Source: an uncultured Gemmatimonadales bacterium (lineage in GTDB: Bacteria; Gemmatimonadota; Gemmatimonadetes; Longimicrobiales; RSA9). From it: 64,000 nt of DNA. Numbering within the stretch: the stretch's first letter is position 1; each line of letters opens with the position of its first letter. Location of the stretch: the NCBI GenBank assembly GCA_963798845.1, contig CAWCUS010000002.1, positions 448,001-512,000 of the forward strand, written 5' to 3'. The notes below the pieces were generated by a model that was given only the letters and a program-made list of their open reading frames with translations, searched no databases and had not been told where the DNA came from. Below are positions 11,315-20,912 of this stretch, piece by piece. The translations under genes and the position numbers were made by a program.

Positions 11315-13161
11315 GATTCTGCGGCCATGAGAAGCTCGATTTCCGTGGCGGCACCCGCCACCGTCGGGGCATCGAAGAAACCGAGAAGCGGCAGCTCGAC
11401 CCGGAGGGAGTCCCGGATGCGCGCCACCAGCTGTGTGGCGGTGACCGAGTCCCCGCCAACCGCGAAGAAGTTGTCGTGGACGCCGGGCGGATCGCATCGC
11501 AGGACCTGCCCCCAGAGCGCCGCCAGGACTTCCTCGACCGGGGTCCGCGGCGCGACGTGGGGCGTGTCCACGCGGACGGGATCGAATGCCGGGATTCCCA
11601 GCCGGTCTGCCAGGCCAATGCGCTGGAGCTTGCCCGTAGCGCCTTTCGGGATCTCCTCCAGGAAGAGCACGCGACGCGGAACCTTGAAGTAGGCGAGGCG
11701 CGTGGCAACGAACTCCCGCAGCGCCCGCTCGGAGACATCGGCGTCCGGTCGGAGCACCACGGCCGCGGCCACATCCTCGCCCAGCTGCGGGTGGCGGACG
11801 GCGAACGCCAGCGCCTGCCGCACTGCGGGGTGCCCCATGAGCGCCTCGTCCACCTCCACCGGCGCGATCTTCTCGCCCCCGCGGTTGATGATCTCCTTGA
11901 TCCGGCCGGTCAGAACCAGGAACCCGTCCCCGTCCAGGTACCCCTGGTCTCCCGTCCGGAACCAGCCATCGGTGAAGGCGGTCCGGTTCGCCTCCGGGTT
12001 GTTCGCATAGCCGGCGGTCACGTTGGGGCCCCGGATCGCGACTTCCCCCGTCTCGCCCGTGCCCAGCCTCTCCCCCGCAGGGCCCAGGATGGCAACATCG
12101 GGTCCCGAGGCCGGGCCCACGGAGCCCGGCTTCCGTCCGCCCGGCGGCAAGGGATTGCTTGCGATCTGGTGCGCCGCTTCGGTCATGCCGTACGCTTCCA
12201 CCACCGGCACGGCGAAGACCCGCTCCAGCTCCGCCAGCGTGGCCCGCGGGAGCGGGGAAGACGACGAGCGGATGAACCGGAGCCGCGCCCGATCGATCAC
12301 CTCCCGGTTCGCTTCCGCCCGCGACAGGATCGCCTGGTGCATGGTCGGCACCGCCGTATACCACGTCGGTGCCGTCTCCTCCAGCCAGTCGAAGAAGTCG
12401 GGAGCCTGGAATCCCGGCGTGCAGATCACGCTGCCGCCCGCACGCAGCGACGAGAGGGCCGCCGCGACGAGGCCATGGATGTGGAAGAGGGGCATCACGT
12501 TCAGACAGCGATCGGCCTCGGTCAGGCCGAGCGCGCTCCCGACATTCGCCGCCGAAGCAGAGAGGTTGCCGTGGGACAGCGGCACCTGCTTCGGCCGCGA
12601 GGTCGTGCCGGAAGTATGCAGAACGAGGGCGACATCCGGCGCCTCAGGAGGCCTGGCCTCGCCGGCCACGCTCGCCGCCCCAGCGCCGCGGAGTCGCACG
12701 AGGCCCGCCGCCGCCTCCTCCTCCTCGTTCCGAACCGCTTCGAGCACCGGGATCCCCAGGCGCCGCGCCACCTCCCGCGCCGGGGAGTCCAGCGTCCCGT
12801 CGATCACCAGGATCCGGGCCGCCAGGTCCCCCAGGTAGAATTCCAGCTCGGGCGCCTGGTACGCCGGGTTGAGAGGCGCGGCTGCGCCCGCCGAAGCGGC
12901 CGCCAAAAAGAGGACCGCCGCTTCCGGGCCGTTCGGCAGGACCAGAGCTACCGCATCGCCGCGGCGTATTCCCCGATCGGTGAGGTCGGCCGACAGATCG
13001 CGCATGCGTCGGTCGAGTGACTCGTACGAGAGCGGGGGGCGTCCCGGCGCCGCGATGGCCGCATGCGCGGGCGTGTGCCGGGCGTGCCATGCGAGCATGG
13101 AGGGGAGGGTCGCCTCCGCTCCGGGCGCGGACAGCGCTGGGCTACCATTGAATCGGGTCAT
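11311..13161 (-). CDS. Oxalate-CoA ligase (AAE3/Pcs60)-like adenylation domain fused to a carrier (T) domain
   Basis: LHTSGTTSRPK, PLFHIHGL, TWYTAVPTMHQ, RFIRSSSS, EAYGMTEAAHQIASNPLPP, RIKEIINRGGEK. C-terminal NFFAVGGDSV phosphopantetheine site. Confidence 0.85.
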   Translation of the reverse strand: MTRFNGSPALSAPGAEATLPSMLAWHARHTPAHAAIAAPGRPPLSYESLDRRMRDLSADLTDRGIRRGDAVALVLPNGPEAAVLFLAAASAGAAAPLNPAYQAPELEFYLGDLAARILVIDGTLDSPAREVARRLGIPVLEAVRNEEEEAAAGLVRLRGAGAASVAGEARPPEAPDVALVLHTSGTTSRPKQVPLSHGNLSASAANVGSALGLTEADRCLNVMPLFHIHGLVAAALSSLRAGGSVICTPGFQAPDFFDWLEETAPTWYTAVPTMHQAILSRAEANREVIDRARLRFIRSSSSPLPRATLAELERVFAVPVVEAYGMTEAAHQIASNPLPPGGRKPGSVGPASGPDVAILGPAGERLGTGETGEVAIRGPNVTAGYANNPEANRTAFTDGWFRTGDQGYLDGDGFLVLTGRIKEIINRGGEKIAPVEVDEALMGHPAVRQALAFAVRHPQLGEDVAAAVVLRPDADVSERALREFVATRLAYFKVPRRVLFLEEIPKGATGKLQRIGLADRLGIPAFDPVRVDTPHVAPRTPVEEVLAALWGQVLRCDPPGVHDNFFAVGGDSVTATQLVARIRDSLRVELPLLGFFDAPTVAGAATEIELLMAAES

Positions 13162-13326
13162 CGGGACACATGGGTGGACGGCGCCGCTTCAAACCACCGG
13201 CCGACGGGGTCGGACAGGCACGGGCGCGCCGGGATGCAGGGACTTCGACGTGCCACGTACGATAATGCGCGTCCCGCCGGCCGTCGACCCTGGCGCCGTC
13301 CGACATCAGACATTTTCCTCCGGGGC

Positions 13327-13355
13327 TTGAGAGGAAGAGGGGGAGGCCCTACCTT
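13327..13355 (+). promoter_or_regulatory. Putative sigma70 promoter of the ffh operon
   Basis: TTGAGA-N17-TACCTT, about 75 bp upstream of ffh. Confidence 0.4.
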
Positions 13356-13429
13356 TATAGGCTCTTTGGCCACCGGTGGCGCACGCACGTCGTTCGTCCG
13401 CCGTCTCTTCTCGCATACGGGCGCTCGGG

Positions 13430-14794
13430 ATGTTCGACGAGCTTTCAGAACGGCTAGACGGCGTACTGGGCCGCTTCCGCCAGCGCGGGCTGCTCACGGA
13501 GTCCATGATCGACGAGGGGCTCCGTGAGATCCGCCGTGCGCTGCTGGAGGCGGATGTGAACTATCAGCTCGCGCGCGGGTTCCTGGAACGGGTCCGGGAA
13601 CGTGCGATGGGCGAGCAGGTTCTGAAGTCCGTCAAGCCGGGCGAGCAGGTGGTGAAGATCGTCCACGACGAGCTCGTGGAGCTGCTGGGCCACGAGCGGG
13701 TGGGGCTGGAGGTCGCGCCGGTGCCGCCTACGGTGATCCTGCTGGTGGGGCTGCAGGGGTCGGGGAAGACGACGACGGCGGCGAAGCTGGCGCGTCGTCT
13801 GAAGCGGGAGGGAAAGAAGCCGATGCTGGCGGCGCTGGACGTGTATCGTCCGGCGGCGATCGACCAGCTGGAGATGCTGGGTCAGCAGGTCGACGTGCCG
13901 GTGGTGTCGGACCGGGACGAGAAGGACGTGGCGAGGCTGGCGACGCGGGCGCTGGAGCGGGCGAAGTCGGAGCGCAGCCGTGCGCTGATCCTGGACTCCG
14001 CGGGCCGTCTGCAGATCGACGAAGCGCTCATGGCGGAGCTTCAGCGCGTGAAGGCGGCGGTCACGCCGGTGGAAGTGCTGCTGGTGGCCGACGCCATGAC
14101 GGGGCAGGAGGCCGTCGGGATCGCGGAAGGGTTCGACGGGGCCCTGGGGCTGACAGGCGTGGTGCTGACCAAGATGGATGGCGATGCGCGCGGCGGTGCG
14201 GCGCTCTCCATCAGGGCGCTGACCGGCGTGCCGATCAAGTTTGTCGGGATCGGCGAGCGGATGGATGCGCTGGACGTGTTCGACCCGATCCGGATGGCGG
14301 ACCGGATTCTCCAGCGCGGGGACGTGGTCGGGTTGGTGGAGCGGGCCCAGCAGTCGTTCGACATGGAAGAGGCCGAACGGCTGCAGAAGCGTGTGGCCGA
14401 GGAGGGGAAGTTCGACCTCGAGGACTTCCTGGGCGCGCTCCGGCAGATGCAGAAGCTGGGGCCGCTGGAAGGGCTCCTGGGGATGCTGCCGGGCGTGAAC
14501 AAGAAGCTGCTGAAGAACGCCAAGGTGGATCCGCGGAAGCTGAAGCACATCGAGGCGATCATCCTGTCGATGACGCCGCAGGAGCGGGCGAAGCCACAGA
14601 TCCTGAACGGGTCGCGGCGGCTGCGGATCGCCAGGGGTTCGGGGACGAAAGTGCAGGAAGTCAACCAGCTCATGAAGCAGTTCCAGCAGATGCAGAAGAT
14701 GATGAAGCAGATGCGGAAGATGGGGCTGGGCGGGATGATGGGAGGGGGGGCGCTCGGCAGAATGGGCATGGGCGGAGGATTCGGCATGCAGTAG
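13430..14794 (+). CDS. ffh: Signal recognition particle protein
   Basis: ALLEADV, GLQGSGKTTT, DSAGR, TKMDGDARGG; Met-rich M domain. Confidence 0.98.
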   Translation: MFDELSERLDGVLGRFRQRGLLTESMIDEGLREIRRALLEADVNYQLARGFLERVRERAMGEQVLKSVKPGEQVVKIVHDELVELLGHERVGLEVAPVPPTVILLVGLQGSGKTTTAAKLARRLKREGKKPMLAALDVYRPAAIDQLEMLGQQVDVPVVSDRDEKDVARLATRALERAKSERSRALILDSAGRLQIDEALMAELQRVKAAVTPVEVLLVADAMTGQEAVGIAEGFDGALGLTGVVLTKMDGDARGGAALSIRALTGVPIKFVGIGERMDALDVFDPIRMADRILQRGDVVGLVERAQQSFDMEEAERLQKRVAEEGKFDLEDFLGALRQMQKLGPLEGLLGMLPGVNKKLLKNAKVDPRKLKHIEAIILSMTPQERAKPQILNGSRRLRIARGSGTKVQEVNQLMKQFQQMQKMMKQMRKMGLGGMMGGGALGRMGMGGGFGMQ

Positions 14795-14907
14795 AACCGC
14801 TCGGGCACGTCGACGAGCAGGAAGCACCGGGCCGAGCCCGGCGAGCAGGAAACGGGCGGTGGCGTGACCGGCCCGGCAACCAGAACAGACCGAAGACTGA
14901 GGTACAA

Positions 14908-15606
14908 ATGTCCGTGAAGATCCGACTCCGGCGCGTGGGCCGGAAGAAGCAGCCCTACTACCGGATGGTGGTGGCCGAGAGCACCGCCCCCCGGGATGGC
15001 GTCTACCTGGAAGAGGTCGGGTTCTACAACCCGCGAACGCGCCCGGCCCTGCTGCGGGTGGACCTGGAGAAGGTGGACGCGTGGCTCGGGAAGGGGGCGG
15101 AGATCACGGAGAGCGCGGCGTCGCTGGTGCGGAAGGCGCGCAAGGGCGGCGACTCCGACGTCCGCTTCGTGCAGCCGGGTGACGCGGCGCCGATCCTGAA
15201 GACGGCTACGAAGCCGGAGCGCCGGCCGACGTCGCAGGCCGTGGCAGCGGAGCCGGAAGCTGCGCCGGAGGGCGGCGCCAAGGACACGGTGGAGGACGCG
15301 GCCCCGGAAGCGGAGAAGCCGGAGCCGGCGGAGACGACGGCGAAGGACGAGACCAGGGCCGCGGTCGAGGCGGAAGCGCCGGAGTCGTCGGAAGCCGCCT
15401 CGGAAGAGCAGTCGGCGGTCGAGGCGGAAGCGCCGGAGTCGTCGGAAGCCGTCTCGGAAGAGCAGTCGGCGGTCGAGGCGGAAGCGCCGGAGTCGTCGGA
15501 AGTCGTCTCCGAAGAGCAGTCGGCGGTCGAGGCGGAAGCGGCCGCGCCGGACGTGGAAGCCGGCTCGGAAAACGCTCCGGCCCGGGAAGAGGCCGAGGAG
15601 AAGTAG
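14908..15606 (+). CDS. rpsP: 30S ribosomal protein S16 with a long acidic C-terminal extension
   Basis: MSVKIRLRRVGRKKQPYYRMVVA...PRDG...GFYNP; conserved operon position. Confidence 0.96.
   Translation: MSVKIRLRRVGRKKQPYYRMVVAESTAPRDGVYLEEVGFYNPRTRPALLRVDLEKVDAWLGKGAEITESAASLVRKARKGGDSDVRFVQPGDAAPILKTATKPERRPTSQAVAAEPEAAPEGGAKDTVEDAAPEAEKPEPAETTAKDETRAAVEAEAPESSEAASEEQSAVEAEAPESSEAVSEEQSAVEAEAPESSEVVSEEQSAVEAEAAAPDVEAGSENAPAREEAEEK
15361..15540 (+). repeat. 54-bp tandem repeat, about 3.3 copies, inside the rpsP tail
   Basis: Units start at 15361, 15415, 15469 and 15523 (partial), each encoding AVEAEAPESSE(A/V)(A/V)SEEQS. Confidence 0.95.
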
Positions 15607-15612
15607 CCGGCG

Positions 15613-16149
15613 GTGGGCGACGATCCGCAGTACCTGGTCGTCGGCCACGTGAGCAAGGCGCACGGCACGGCGGGCGAAATCCAGATCTGGCTGCTCACGG
15701 ACCGGCCGGACGAGGTGTTCGCACCAGGTGCGCGGGTGCTGCTCGGCGACCGTGAAGGCGGCGTCGGCCGGGTGCCGGACGAGCGGAAGGTCGAAGCTCG
15801 TCGCCCCTACAAGGGCGGGCTTCTGGTGATGCTGGAAGGGGTCGGGGACCGGGGCGAGGCGGAAGCCATCGCCGGCCGCTACCTGCTGGTGCCGGCGGAG
15901 GAAGCGAGCCCGCTCGAAGAGGGGGAGGTTTTCTACCACCAGCTCCTCGGGCTGCAGGTCGAGACCGTGGCCGGCGAAGCGGTGGGCCGGATCCGGGAAG
16001 TCTTCGAGACGGAGCCGCACCACCTGCTGGAGGTGAAGGACGGGAACCGCGTCCACCTGGTCCCGTTCGCCAGCTGGGTCGTGAAGGACGTGGACCTGGA
16101 GCACGGACGCGTGGTAATCGATCCGCCGGAAGGACTGCTGGACCTCTGA
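15613..16149 (+). CDS. rimM: Ribosome maturation factor RimM
   Basis: VGHVSKAHGTAGE, FYHQLLGLQV, LVPF, IDPPEGLL; lies between rpsP and trmD. Confidence 0.95.
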   Translation: MGDDPQYLVVGHVSKAHGTAGEIQIWLLTDRPDEVFAPGARVLLGDREGGVGRVPDERKVEARRPYKGGLLVMLEGVGDRGEAEAIAGRYLLVPAEEASPLEEGEVFYHQLLGLQVETVAGEAVGRIREVFETEPHHLLEVKDGNRVHLVPFASWVVKDVDLEHGRVVIDPPEGLLDL

Positions 16150-16217
16150 GCCCGGCGCCCGACCGGAACGGCAGCGGGCCAGCCGGAGATGGAGAGGTCG
16201 GCCGGAAGGAGGGGTGG

Positions 16218-16913
16218 ATGCGCATCAACATCGTCACCATCTTTCCAGGCTTGTTCCGGGAGCCGCTCGCGCTGAGCATACCCGGGCGGGCGGCGGAGGC
16301 AGGGCTGGTCGAGTACCGCGTGGTCGACCTGCGCGAATTCGCCCACGACCGCCACCGGACGGTGGACGATTACCCGTACGGGGGCGGCACCGGGATGGTG
16401 ATGAAGCCGGAGCCGTTCTTCGAAGCAGTGGAGAGCCTGGGCGAGGGTGGGCGGCCGGCGGGGCCGGTCGTGCTGCTGAGCGCGCGCGGGCGGCGCTTCG
16501 GGCACCGGGATGCGGTGAGGCTGGCGGTTCAGCCGGAGCTGACGCTACTGTGTGGCCACTACAAGGACGTGGACCAGCGAGTGGCGGACAGCCTGGCGAC
16601 GGAGGAACTGTCGCTGGGCGATTTCGTCCTCAGCGGCGGCGAGGTGGCGGCCCTGGCTGTGACCGACGCAGTGGTGCGGTTGCTGCCGGGCGCGCTCGGG
16701 ACGCACGAGTCGGCGGCGACGGACAGCTTCTACGACGACGAGCTTCTGAGCCCTCCATCGTACACGAGGCCGGCGGAGTACCGGGGCCAACCGGTGCCGG
16801 AGGTGCTGCTGTCGGGGGACCATGCCCGCATCGAGGCGTGGCGCAGGGAGCGGGCAGAGGAGCTGACGCGAGAGCGTCGGCCGGACCTATGGAAGCTACG
16901 GGAGCGAGGGTAG
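16218..16913 (+). CDS. trmD: tRNA (guanine-N1)-methyltransferase
   Basis: [39 protein letters not shown]. Confidence 0.97.
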   Translation: MRINIVTIFPGLFREPLALSIPGRAAEAGLVEYRVVDLREFAHDRHRTVDDYPYGGGTGMVMKPEPFFEAVESLGEGGRPAGPVVLLSARGRRFGHRDAVRLAVQPELTLLCGHYKDVDQRVADSLATEELSLGDFVLSGGEVAALAVTDAVVRLLPGALGTHESAATDSFYDDELLSPPSYTRPAEYRGQPVPEVLLSGDHARIEAWRRERAEELTRERRPDLWKLRERG

Positions 16914-16917
16914 CGAT

Positions 16918-17265
16918 ATGGACATCATGAAGCAGATCGAGCAGGAACAGCTGCGGGAGGCGCTCCCCGATTTCGCGCCCGGGGACACGGTCCGGGTCAA
17001 CGTGCGCGTGCGCGAGGGTGAGAAGGAGCGCCTGCAGGCGTTCGAAGGGGTGTGCATCGGGCGGCAGGGCGGCCGTGTGGCGGAGACGTTCACGGTGCGC
17101 AAGGTGAGCTCCGGGATCGGCGTCGAGCGCGTCTTCCCCCTGCACTCGCCGATGCTCGAGTCGATCAAGGTGGTGCGGCGCGGTCGCGTACGTCGTGCGA
17201 AGCTGTACTACCTGCGTGCGCGCCGCGGGAAGGCGGCGCGAATCCGCGAGAAGCAGCAGCGCTGA
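16918..17265 (+). CDS. rplS: 50S ribosomal protein L19
   Basis: [31 protein letters not shown]. Confidence 0.98.
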   Translation: MDIMKQIEQEQLREALPDFAPGDTVRVNVRVREGEKERLQAFEGVCIGRQGGRVAETFTVRKVSSGIGVERVFPLHSPMLESIKVVRRGRVRRAKLYYLRARRGKAARIREKQQR

Positions 17266-17278
17266 GCCGCGGGCGACA

Positions 17279-17926
17279 ATGCCCGCGAGCGCGTCCGGCC
17301 GGAAGCGGCGCCGCCGCGGTGCTCCCCTGGCGCTGGAACGGGAGCTCTGGGCCGAAGGCCTGACCCGGGTTGCCGGCATCGACGAGGCAGGACGGGGTCC
17401 GCTGGCGGGTCCGGTCGTCGCCGCGGCCGTGATCTTCCACCCGGAAGTCCGGGTCCCCGGCGTGACGGATTCGAAGCAGCTGAGCGAGAAGGTGCGGGGA
17501 GAGCTCGTCGTCGAAATCCGGCGGCGGGCTCTCTGCATCGGCGTGGGGGCGGCGAGCCCGAAGGAGGTGGACAGGCTGAACATCCTCCGTGCCACGCACC
17601 TGGCCATGCGACGGGCGCTGGCGCGGCTGAGCGTCCGCCCGGAACACGTGCTGGTGGACGGCCTGCCGGCGGAGCTCGGGTGCCATCACACGGCCATCGT
17701 GGAGGGGGACGCCAAGTCGTTCACGATCGCCTGCGCCTCCATCGTGGCCAAGACCACGCGGGACCGGCTCATGAAGCGGCTCGCACTTCGCTACCCGGAC
17801 TACGGGTGGGAGACGAACGTGGGGTATGGTACTCCCGAGCACGTGACGGCGCTGGGCCTGTTCGGCCCCACACCTCACCACCGGCGCTCGTTCGTCCCCG
17901 TGCAGCTCTCGCTCGGGCTCAACTGA
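17279..17926 (+). CDS. rnhB: Ribonuclease HII
   Basis: AGIDEAGRGPLAGPVV, DSKQL, GDAKS, ASIVAK, HRRSF. Confidence 0.96.
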   Translation: MPASASGRKRRRRGAPLALERELWAEGLTRVAGIDEAGRGPLAGPVVAAAVIFHPEVRVPGVTDSKQLSEKVRGELVVEIRRRALCIGVGAASPKEVDRLNILRATHLAMRRALARLSVRPEHVLVDGLPAELGCHHTAIVEGDAKSFTIACASIVAKTTRDRLMKRLALRYPDYGWETNVGYGTPEHVTALGLFGPTPHHRRSFVPVQLSLGLN

Positions 17927-17936
17927 AGGAAACGCC

Positions 17937-18410
17937 ATGCACACCGAGCATCTCCAGAACGTCCACCCCGTCCGCGTGCTCGCCGGCTGGCTCGTCTCCA
18001 TCGCCGTGACCGCCGTGGCGGTCTTCGCCCTGATCTTCATCGGCCTCATGGGCGCAGAACCCGGGCGCGATTCCGCCTGGGCCGTCGCGGCGGTGGTGAT
18101 CGGGTTCCTCGTGGGCGGATGGTTCACCGGCTTCCGCACGGTGGAGGCGCCCATCCTCCACGGCATCGCGCTCGGCCTCACGTCCCTCGTCGCGTGGGTC
18201 GCGGTGAACCTGCTGGTGGCCCTGGCGTTCGGGTGGGACCAGTGGACGGGGCTCACGCCGAACGAGACCGTGGTCGTGCTCCTGGCGCTCATCGCCGCCG
18301 CGGTCGTCGGCTGCCTCATCGGGAACCAGCGGGCGCGCGGCCGCGCCGCACACCTCGCCAGCCCCGCCACCGGCGTGCGGGAACGGGGCCGCGGGAGGGG
18401 GCGCGATTGA
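17937..18410 (+). CDS. Hypothetical membrane protein, about 4 TM
   Basis: AAGGA RBS; four hydrophobic stretches; coding-like codon use. Confidence 0.75.
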   Translation: MHTEHLQNVHPVRVLAGWLVSIAVTAVAVFALIFIGLMGAEPGRDSAWAVAAVVIGFLVGGWFTGFRTVEAPILHGIALGLTSLVAWVAVNLLVALAFGWDQWTGLTPNETVVVLLALIAAAVVGCLIGNQRARGRAAHLASPATGVRERGRGRGRD

Positions 18411-18444
18411 AACAGTCCGGCGTGGAGGTTTAGTTTTGCCCCGT

Positions 18445-18517
18445 GGGCCGGTAGCTCAGCTGGCAGAGCAGTGGACTTTTAATCCAACGGTCGTGGGTTC
18501 GAGCCCCACCCGGCCCA
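18445..18517 (+). tRNA. tRNA-Lys (anticodon TTT); CCA not encoded
   Basis: GGGCCGG/CCGGCCC acceptor stem; D arm GCTC...GAGC; anticodon arm TGGA-CTTTTAA-TCCA; TTCGA T loop. Upstream TTGAAA-N18-TAGTTT. Confidence 0.95.
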
Positions 18518-18725
18518 TTTACCACCCTACTGCGTGACGATTCGCCAGACGCGCCCGTCACCGCGCGGTACGCCTCGTGCGCCTTCGGCTTCGCTCCTTT
18601 CCGACCGCCGCGGGCGGCCCGGGGGTGGGCGTGGAAAGGCTCGCGGAGTGAGGAAAATCACCGCGGTCGCATAGGGGCGATCCCCGACTGGCCCGGTCCA
18701 TAGGCCTGTCGTACCTTCTGGGACC

Positions 18726-20541
18726 ATGAGTCGGCTTGGAACACTTCTGACAACGCTGGTCGCGCGTCTGCGCGGCCTCCCCATCGGGGTGCAGGTGGTG
18801 GGCGGAGTGGTGGTTCTCGCTGCGCTGGGTGTGGGCTCCGTGCTGATGTACCGGACCTACAATTACGTGCAGCACGACAACCAGTTCTGTCTTCAGTGCC
18901 ACCTGATGCAGGACCCGTATGAGCGCTTCGCGAAGAGCGCGCACCGGGGGCTCGGGTGCAAGGCCTGCCATCATCCGAACATCATCCAGCGCAGCGAGAT
19001 GGGGCTGACGCAGATCATCGAGCAGCCCAAGGAGCTGACGAAGCACGCGAACGTGCCGAACTCCGCGTGCGCCGAGTGTCACATCAAGGGCAATCCGGAG
19101 GAGTGGCGACAGATCGCCAATACGGCCGGGCACCGGATCCACATGCAGTCGGACGATCCGTCGCTGCAGGGATTGAAGTGCGTGGAGTGCCACTCTTCGG
19201 GTCTGCACGAGTTCACGCCGACCGACCAGACGTGCGGGCAGGCAGGGTGTCACGAGAACACGCGGATCCGTCTCGGGAAGATGGGGAACCTGACGATCCA
19301 CTGCGCGACGTGTCACGACTTCACGACGCCCGTGGGCGAGGAAGCGACGCCGGCGCAGCTTGCCAGCGCCATCCGGCCCAACGCGCAGGAGTGCCTGGCC
19401 TGCCACCGAGATGCGCTCGCTGCTCCAGGACTTCCCTGCGGATGAGCCGCACAACGCGCAGTGCGGCGCGTGTCACGATCCGCACCGCCAGACGACGCCG
19501 CGGCAGGCGGTGCAGTCGTGTGCGAAGGGTGGCTGCCATGCACAGCCCGACACCCTCACGCCCTACCATCGCGGGCTGGACGCGGGCGTTCTCGAGAACT
19601 GCCTCAACTGCCACAAGGCGCACGAGTTCCGCATCCACGGCGGTGGCCGCGACTGCCTCGACTGCCACCAGGACATCTATCGCACGGATGCGCCCCCGCC
19701 GGCCCGGCGTCTGCCGCCCGCGGCCGCCGCGCCGAGCGCGTCCGGCGACACCGGCCGCGTGGCCAGTGCGCCGCGCGGCGCGATCCGGGTGGCGTCCGCC
19801 GGCCGGATCGATCCGTGGCTCATCCGCCTGGTGCTCGCTGCGCACCCCGGAGAGGCTGCGGTCGAAGCCTCCTCTGTCGCCGCCGCGGCACCGCAGCGGG
19901 ACACCGTGACCTTTCACCACGCGCAGCACCGCGGCGTGGAGTGCACCGCCTGCCACTCAATGCAGCGAGAGCATGGGGCGCTGACGGTCACGAGCATCCA
20001 GGACTGTCGGTCCTGTCACCACACGCAGCCGGTGGCGTCGAGCTGCACCCGCTGCCACGCGCAGCGCACCGTCCGCTCGCTCACGGTGCGGGTCCGGCGC
20101 ACCATGGACATCACGGTCGGGTCGCTGAACCACCCCGTGCGCACGCTCCCGTTCCAGCACCGGGTGCACGAAGGACTGGCGTGCACGAACTGCCACACGG
20201 GCGGCAGCGCGCTGAGCGCCGTGGACGTGAACTGCTCGAAGTGCCACGAGTCGCACCACCAGCCGAACCGCAACTGCATGGCCTGTCACGAGCAGCCGAA
20301 AGCCAAGGCGCACAACACGAAGGTGCACCTCGGATGCGCCGGCGCAGGGTGCCACCAGGCGGCACCGCGAAGCGTGGCCTCGGTGCCGCGGACGCGGAAC
20401 TTCTGCCTGGTTTGCCACCAGGCGATGGTGAACCACAACCCCGGCGAGAACTGTGAGGCCTGCCACGTGCTGCCTCGCCCCCGCGCCGCGGCCGCCAGGC
20501 CGTCCGGCACCGCCGGGACCGACCTCGCGGAGGGGACATGA
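18726..20541 (+). CDS. Membrane-anchored multiheme cytochrome c (about 20 hemes) with a NapC/NirT-like N-terminus; split by an apparent +1 base near 19406
   Basis: Track ORFs 18726..19445 and 19360..20541 join as CLACH-EMRSLL if one C is removed. 17 CxxCH plus 3 CxxxxCH. TM helix then NQFCLQCHLM. Confidence 0.85.
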
Positions 20542-20912
20542 AGCACGCGATCGCCACAGCCTGCCTGTCCGTTCTCGTGCTGGCCGGCTGCCGGGGCGCC
20601 GGCGACGACCAGGAGACCGGCAGCATCAGCGCCGACCAGGTCCGCAACGAGCGCTCGGACCTTCCCACCGCCGTCGTTGCGGCGCTCGACAGCGGCAACG
20701 CCGCTTACCGCGCCAACGACTACCAGGCGGCGCTCCAGCAGTACCGCAAGGTCGTCGAGCTCGAGCACGACCTGGCCGCCGGCTGGTTCGGGGTGTACAT
20801 GGCCCAGCTCGCCCTGGGCAACACCGAGGCGGCCGACTCCGCCATGAACGTCGCCCAGCAGCTGGCGCCCGGCGCCAGCCTCATTCATCCCGACCAGTCA
20901 CCGCAGCAATGA
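20538..20912 (+). CDS. TPR-like lipoprotein
   Basis: Lipobox LAGC; GNAAYRANDYQAALQQYRKVVEL helical repeat; ATGA overlaps on both sides. Confidence 0.75.
   Translation: MKHAIATACLSVLVLAGCRGAGDDQETGSISADQVRNERSDLPTAVVAALDSGNAAYRANDYQAALQQYRKVVELEHDLAAGWFGVYMAQLALGNTEAADSAMNVAQQLAPGASLIHPDQSPQQ

Noticed and set aside
14795..14907. SRP RNA next to ffh
   Set aside because: It contains GCAGGAAG-like words but no SRP domain IV hairpin that I can fold.
15361..15540. CRISPR array (also considered for 57530-57637)
   Set aside because: The repeats are contiguous, with no unique spacers and no cas genes.
18445..18725. Integrative element at tRNA-Lys
   Set aside because: I saw no integrase and no duplicated tRNA 3' end in the window.
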